This document shows positions 60,079 to 64,000 of a stretch of DNA of 64,000 bases, piece after piece. The stretch covers positions 10,738,764-10,802,763 of the forward strand of contig CAVNZM010000008.1 in NCBI GenBank assembly GCA_963693365.1. The letters run 5' to 3'. The notes under the pieces are model-generated. The model saw only the letters and a list, made by a program, of their open reading frames with translations, searched no databases and was not told the origin of the DNA. This stretch comes from Amoebidium appalachense. Lineage: Eukaryota > Protista > Ichthyosporea. Every line of letters begins with the position of its first letter. Position 1 is the first letter of the stretch. The position numbers and the translations under genes are program-made.

Positions 60079-61855
60079 TTTCCTTGCCATACCCCCTCCC
60101 CGCCCCCCTTGATCCCCACCGCCAGAGCGGTTATGGCTCGGCTAGCCAGCCGGAATCCTCCTCAGCCGAGTCGCGCAGAAATCGTTCCGGAAGGCGGCTT
60201 GGCTGGAATCCCCCAACCCTTCTCCCAGGCGTGGTCTATCCCACAGTCTACCAATCATAAAGGACAAATTTTGTCTATATAAAGGCGCCTAAGATCAATT
60301 TTACAGGCGAAATTGAATCAGGATTATGACTATTAGTAATTGCTGCAGTTTTATGGGAAAAGATAAAAACCTCAAAAAACTAAATCGTAATTTTATATTT
60401 TAAACATAAATTTAATATAACATGATCGGTATTTTAAATTTTAACGTCCAGCCGGCTCCAGCCGGCTAGCCAGCTGCGATGGAGGGTTTAGCCAGCTGAG
60501 CCAGCCAGAATCCTGACTTAACAGCCCTGCCCACCGCTCCACCTAGTCCTCCGCACCATCCCCTGCCCACGGCATTCTTCTTCAGACGCACAATCCAAGC
60601 CAAGCAAACACTCCACCCTCCACTCTCCCTCTACTCGCACATTGGAGCCGCCCACACATGCCCCCCCCCCCCAACCCCTCCCCCCCCCCACCCCCCCCCC
60701 TGCCTTTCCCACCCGCACACCCCCAAACACCCACACATCTCATCTCCCCTCCCTCCCCACCATTGGCGATCCAACTTCTCTCCCACAGCCACCCATCCAC
60801 CTATCAACCCACCCCCCCACCCAATCCCCTCCCACCCTCACCCAGCCCCACAACCCCCCCTCTCCCTCTTTCCCTCTCTCTCCCCTCCCCCCCTCCGCAC
60901 ACACACACACCCACCTGTGTGTGTCCAGCCAGCACCAGCTTACACTCCCCACTCTCTCTGTTCCACAATCTTACAGTGCGGTCCAATGATGCCGTGGCCA
61001 CCGTGTCCAAATCAAACTGCACACTGATGACGTAGTCTGTGTGCCCGACAAGTGTGCGCAGGCATTGCCGCTCATTCAGGTCCCACACACGGAGGGTGTG
61101 GTCGCAGCTCGAGCTGTGTGTGTGCGTGTGTGGGGGGGGGGGGGGGGAGGGGAGGGGGGAGGTCTGTGTGGGTGTGGGTCGGTGGGGGGGTGGGGGGGGT
61201 GCGGGTGGATGGGTGGGTGGTGAGTGGGTGAGGGGAGAGGCGGGGGCCAGGGGAGAGGGGGAGGGGGGGGGGGGGGGGTTTGTGTGTTATGCACAAAAGT
61301 AATGAAGCAAAATAGCAAACGTGCTTCCATACTACATTACACCTCTGCAAATGCAGTAAAGCATGGGCAAACACCAGGCATACATCCACACAGAATAACC
61401 ACACGTGATTTATAGGAAATCTCTGACTGGAACTGATCTGATTGGGTAAGCCACCTGCCTTATTAGGGTTCTGCCGTCATGATACAGCCCAGTGACCTCA
61501 GCCGTGTGCCCTTCCAGCACGGCCACACACTGCCCAGTCTCCACATCCCACACACGCTGCGCATACCCATAGGTGTCAGCGACACACAGCCAATGAAAAA
61601 CAAGAAAATGACCAATAGCAAATAGGATATAGGCATGGACTGTACGTGGGGTTTGAAAACCCATCCTTAGCTTCAACGGCGATAATTGGCTCTTGGAAAA
61701 TGCAAAAAATCGACTGAAATAATGAAAATAGAGGTCGGCAAGCTACACGAATTAATGCTCATGCGGTATAGAATGGTCTTATAAAATGCAGTGCCTTGCA
61801 CGTGCATGCATGTGTGTGCAGGTATAGGGCGCGTTCCATGCACATACGTCAAGCT

Positions 61856-61911
<56 letters not shown>

Positions 61912-62497
61912 TGTGCATCTGTGTGTTTTCGTGCACGTGCATGCCCTGTGCACCCCGTGATGCACGTACCAGTGTTGTATCTGATGACCCGCTGGCCAGC
62001 AGACCTTGGCCATAGCGCAGACAGCTTACTCCCCCCTTGTGTCCCTCCAACACAAGGCTGCACTCCCCACTCACCAAGTCCCATATCTGCAGCCAGAGAA
62101 AACATAGTTAGGTTGACGGGGCAGAGGCCTCCAACATCCCCCCCTTCCCCCCCCCCTCTCCCCCCCCCCCCCCACACACACACACAGACACACACCTATA
62201 CGCACAGACCCAAAAAAGGGAGAAACCTTACTTTTTATCTTTCCCCCCCCCCCCCCCCCCCTCCTCCACAGATCTTGAACAAACAAACACAAATGTCTGT
62301 CCATCCGGGCCCCCCTATCGTCCATGCACCCCCCCCCCCCCCTCCCCCCCCCCCCCCCCCCCCCGAGAGGAATTTTGTTTGTTTGTTTGTTTGTAATGGT
62401 GACTTTTCTTTCTTTCTTCTTTTTTTGTGTTTGGAGAGAGGGAGGGGGGGGGGGGGGGGGATTTTATTTTTGTTTCTTTTCCTATTTAAGACCCCCC

Positions 62498-62528
<31 letters not shown>

Positions 62529-63393
62529 AAAAAAAAAAAAAAAACGACGTGAAACCTTGCAAAAAAAAAAAATGTGTGCATGCACCCGCACACAAGCACA
62601 GCAAGGCACGTCTCACATTGTGATACAGAACCCACGGTAAGGCAGACACAAGAAGGGAGAGGAAGAATACAGAAAACACGAACACACACGCACCCTGACA
62701 GTGTGGTCGAATGAGCCGCTGTAGAGCACCGTGTCTTCCAGCTGCACACAGAACACGGCCTTGGTGTGGCCCTTGAACGTGCGCCGAATATACTTGCCCC
62801 CCTCCCTGCAGAATGGAAAATAATTTAAAAAAATAACCAGTCAGAAATTCCCCCCTCCCTCCTCCCCTCCTTGCCCATTCTGTGTGTGTATGTGTGTGTA
62901 TGTTAGTGTAATCCGAGAAGAGCCAGGAGCCCGCACGGGGGACGCGGGGGGGGGGGGGGGGGGGATTGGGCACAGGCTCAACTCTGTATTAAAAGCCCTA
63001 AGTGTGTTTTGTGATTCGTGCGTCTTTCAGGTTCGCTTGTATGTAGTGAGTCAACACTAGAGGCACTGGTACATATAGGTGGCGATAGAGGCGGGAGCAG
63101 TGGTGATGATAGTGTTTTTTCGTGTGTGTGTGGTGGGTGGGGATGGGGATGGGGGTGAGTGGATGGATGGGTGGGTAGGGGGAAAGCAACAAGGCCATTC
63201 AGAACCAGAACAAACTCTTGTTTTTTTTTCTTTCACCTTCGATGTGGGTGAGTTTTAGAGGGGGGGGAGGGGGGGGGGGGGGGGGGGGATAAGGAAGGGT
63301 ATTTGCATACCAATTCTGCTCCACCAGATACTTGTATCGATAGAAGGCCTTTTCAAGATACTTTTCCTGGGACGGTCGGAATGCATGGTACTG
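59002..63393 (-). CDS. WD40-repeat protein, FBXW7/beta-TrCP-like C-terminal propeller (5' part continues toward or beyond the window end)
   Basis: Exons FKGHTKAVFCVQLEDTVLYSGSFDHTVR, IWDLVSGECSLVLEGHKGGVSCL, VWDVETGQCVAVLEGH, VWDLNERQCLRTLVGH...LWNRESGEC, VVSGSEDATVRIWD, and a last exon ending KRVVRN*. Upstream YKYLVEQNW resembles the F-box/WD linker, but the F-box itself is not seen. Confidence 0.85.
60123..60529. mobile_element. hAT-type MITE with 8-bp TSD in an intron of the WD40 gene
   Basis: CCCACCGC at 60115-60122 and 60530-60537. Ends CAGAGCGGTTA ... TAACAGCCCTG. Subterminal GCCAGCC repeats and an AT-rich core. Confidence 0.8.
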
Positions 63394-63433
63394 CACGCAT
63401 GTAGATTAGAGACACGTAGGGTGCACATTACCC

Positions 63434-63479
<46 letters not shown>

Positions 63480-64000
63480 CCCCCCACACCACCACCACCA
63501 CAAACACACACGATGGCAACACACATGCGCACACACGTACAAACGTACCCACGTGCACCGCCTCAAACACCCCTCGCACCTGTGCTTCTACGAGGGATGA
63601 GTTGTCGCCTACCCCTCGTCCCTGTATGCTATAACTCCCATCCATCCTATTTACGAGCCTCCTCTAGAGCATCTATTTCTCTCCGTCCCTACCTTTCCCC
63701 CCCCCGCCTTCCGTTCGTTTCCACTCTGTCCCTTCCCCCTGCCCCCCTCTCTCTTCCTCCCCCCCCCCCCCCTCCTCCTCCCCCTCCCCTTGGTTCCCTA
63801 AGTCGTTCCCCCCTCCTCCTCCCCTCCCCTTGGTTCCCTAAGTCGCTCCCCCCCCCCCCCCCCCTTCCTTCACACACACACCACCATCCCGCCGCCGTCC
63901 TCGAACCACTGAGCTTTTGCTGGCAAAGTTGTGCCCCAACCAACGCGTTCACACAATCACACTAACTTCCCCCCCCCCTCATTCTCCCCCCCCCCCCTCT

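Overview
Eukaryotic genomic DNA, very intron-rich, with introns full of microsatellites, poly-G/poly-C tracts and short local duplications. The gene content (RNF13-type PA-TM-RING ligase, EGF/vWD/PAN/WSC protein) fits a unicellular holozoan or other protist; this is inference only. Most listed ORFs are low-complexity artefacts. By manual splicing I find four parts. (1) A giant minus-strand gene of about 48 exons (ATG at 35570, running to at least 982) for a secreted mosaic protein: signal peptide, 3 WSC, 9 x (Cys/EGF-like linker + PAN/apple), lectin-like/PA14-like/Calx-beta-like modules, vWD with GDPH, EGFs, SdrD-B-like domain and Thr-rich stalk. (2) A transposon-rich interval at about 36-47.7 kb. 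Its main feature is a decayed element with long diverged inverted repeats that drive two convergent genes: a THAP-like remnant, and an EXO1/XPG-family 5' nuclease followed by a SWIM zinc-finger domain. The SWIM exon is only visible after excising a tRNA-headed SINE with a perfect 15-bp TSD. (3) A plus-strand PA-TM-RING E3 ligase gene (RNF13/RNF167-like). (4) The 3' part of a minus-strand WD40 (FBXW7/beta-TrCP-like) gene. Several MITEs (TTAA, TA and 8-bp TSD types) and long hairpins are also visible. All exon boundaries were placed by eye and need RNA-seq confirmation.
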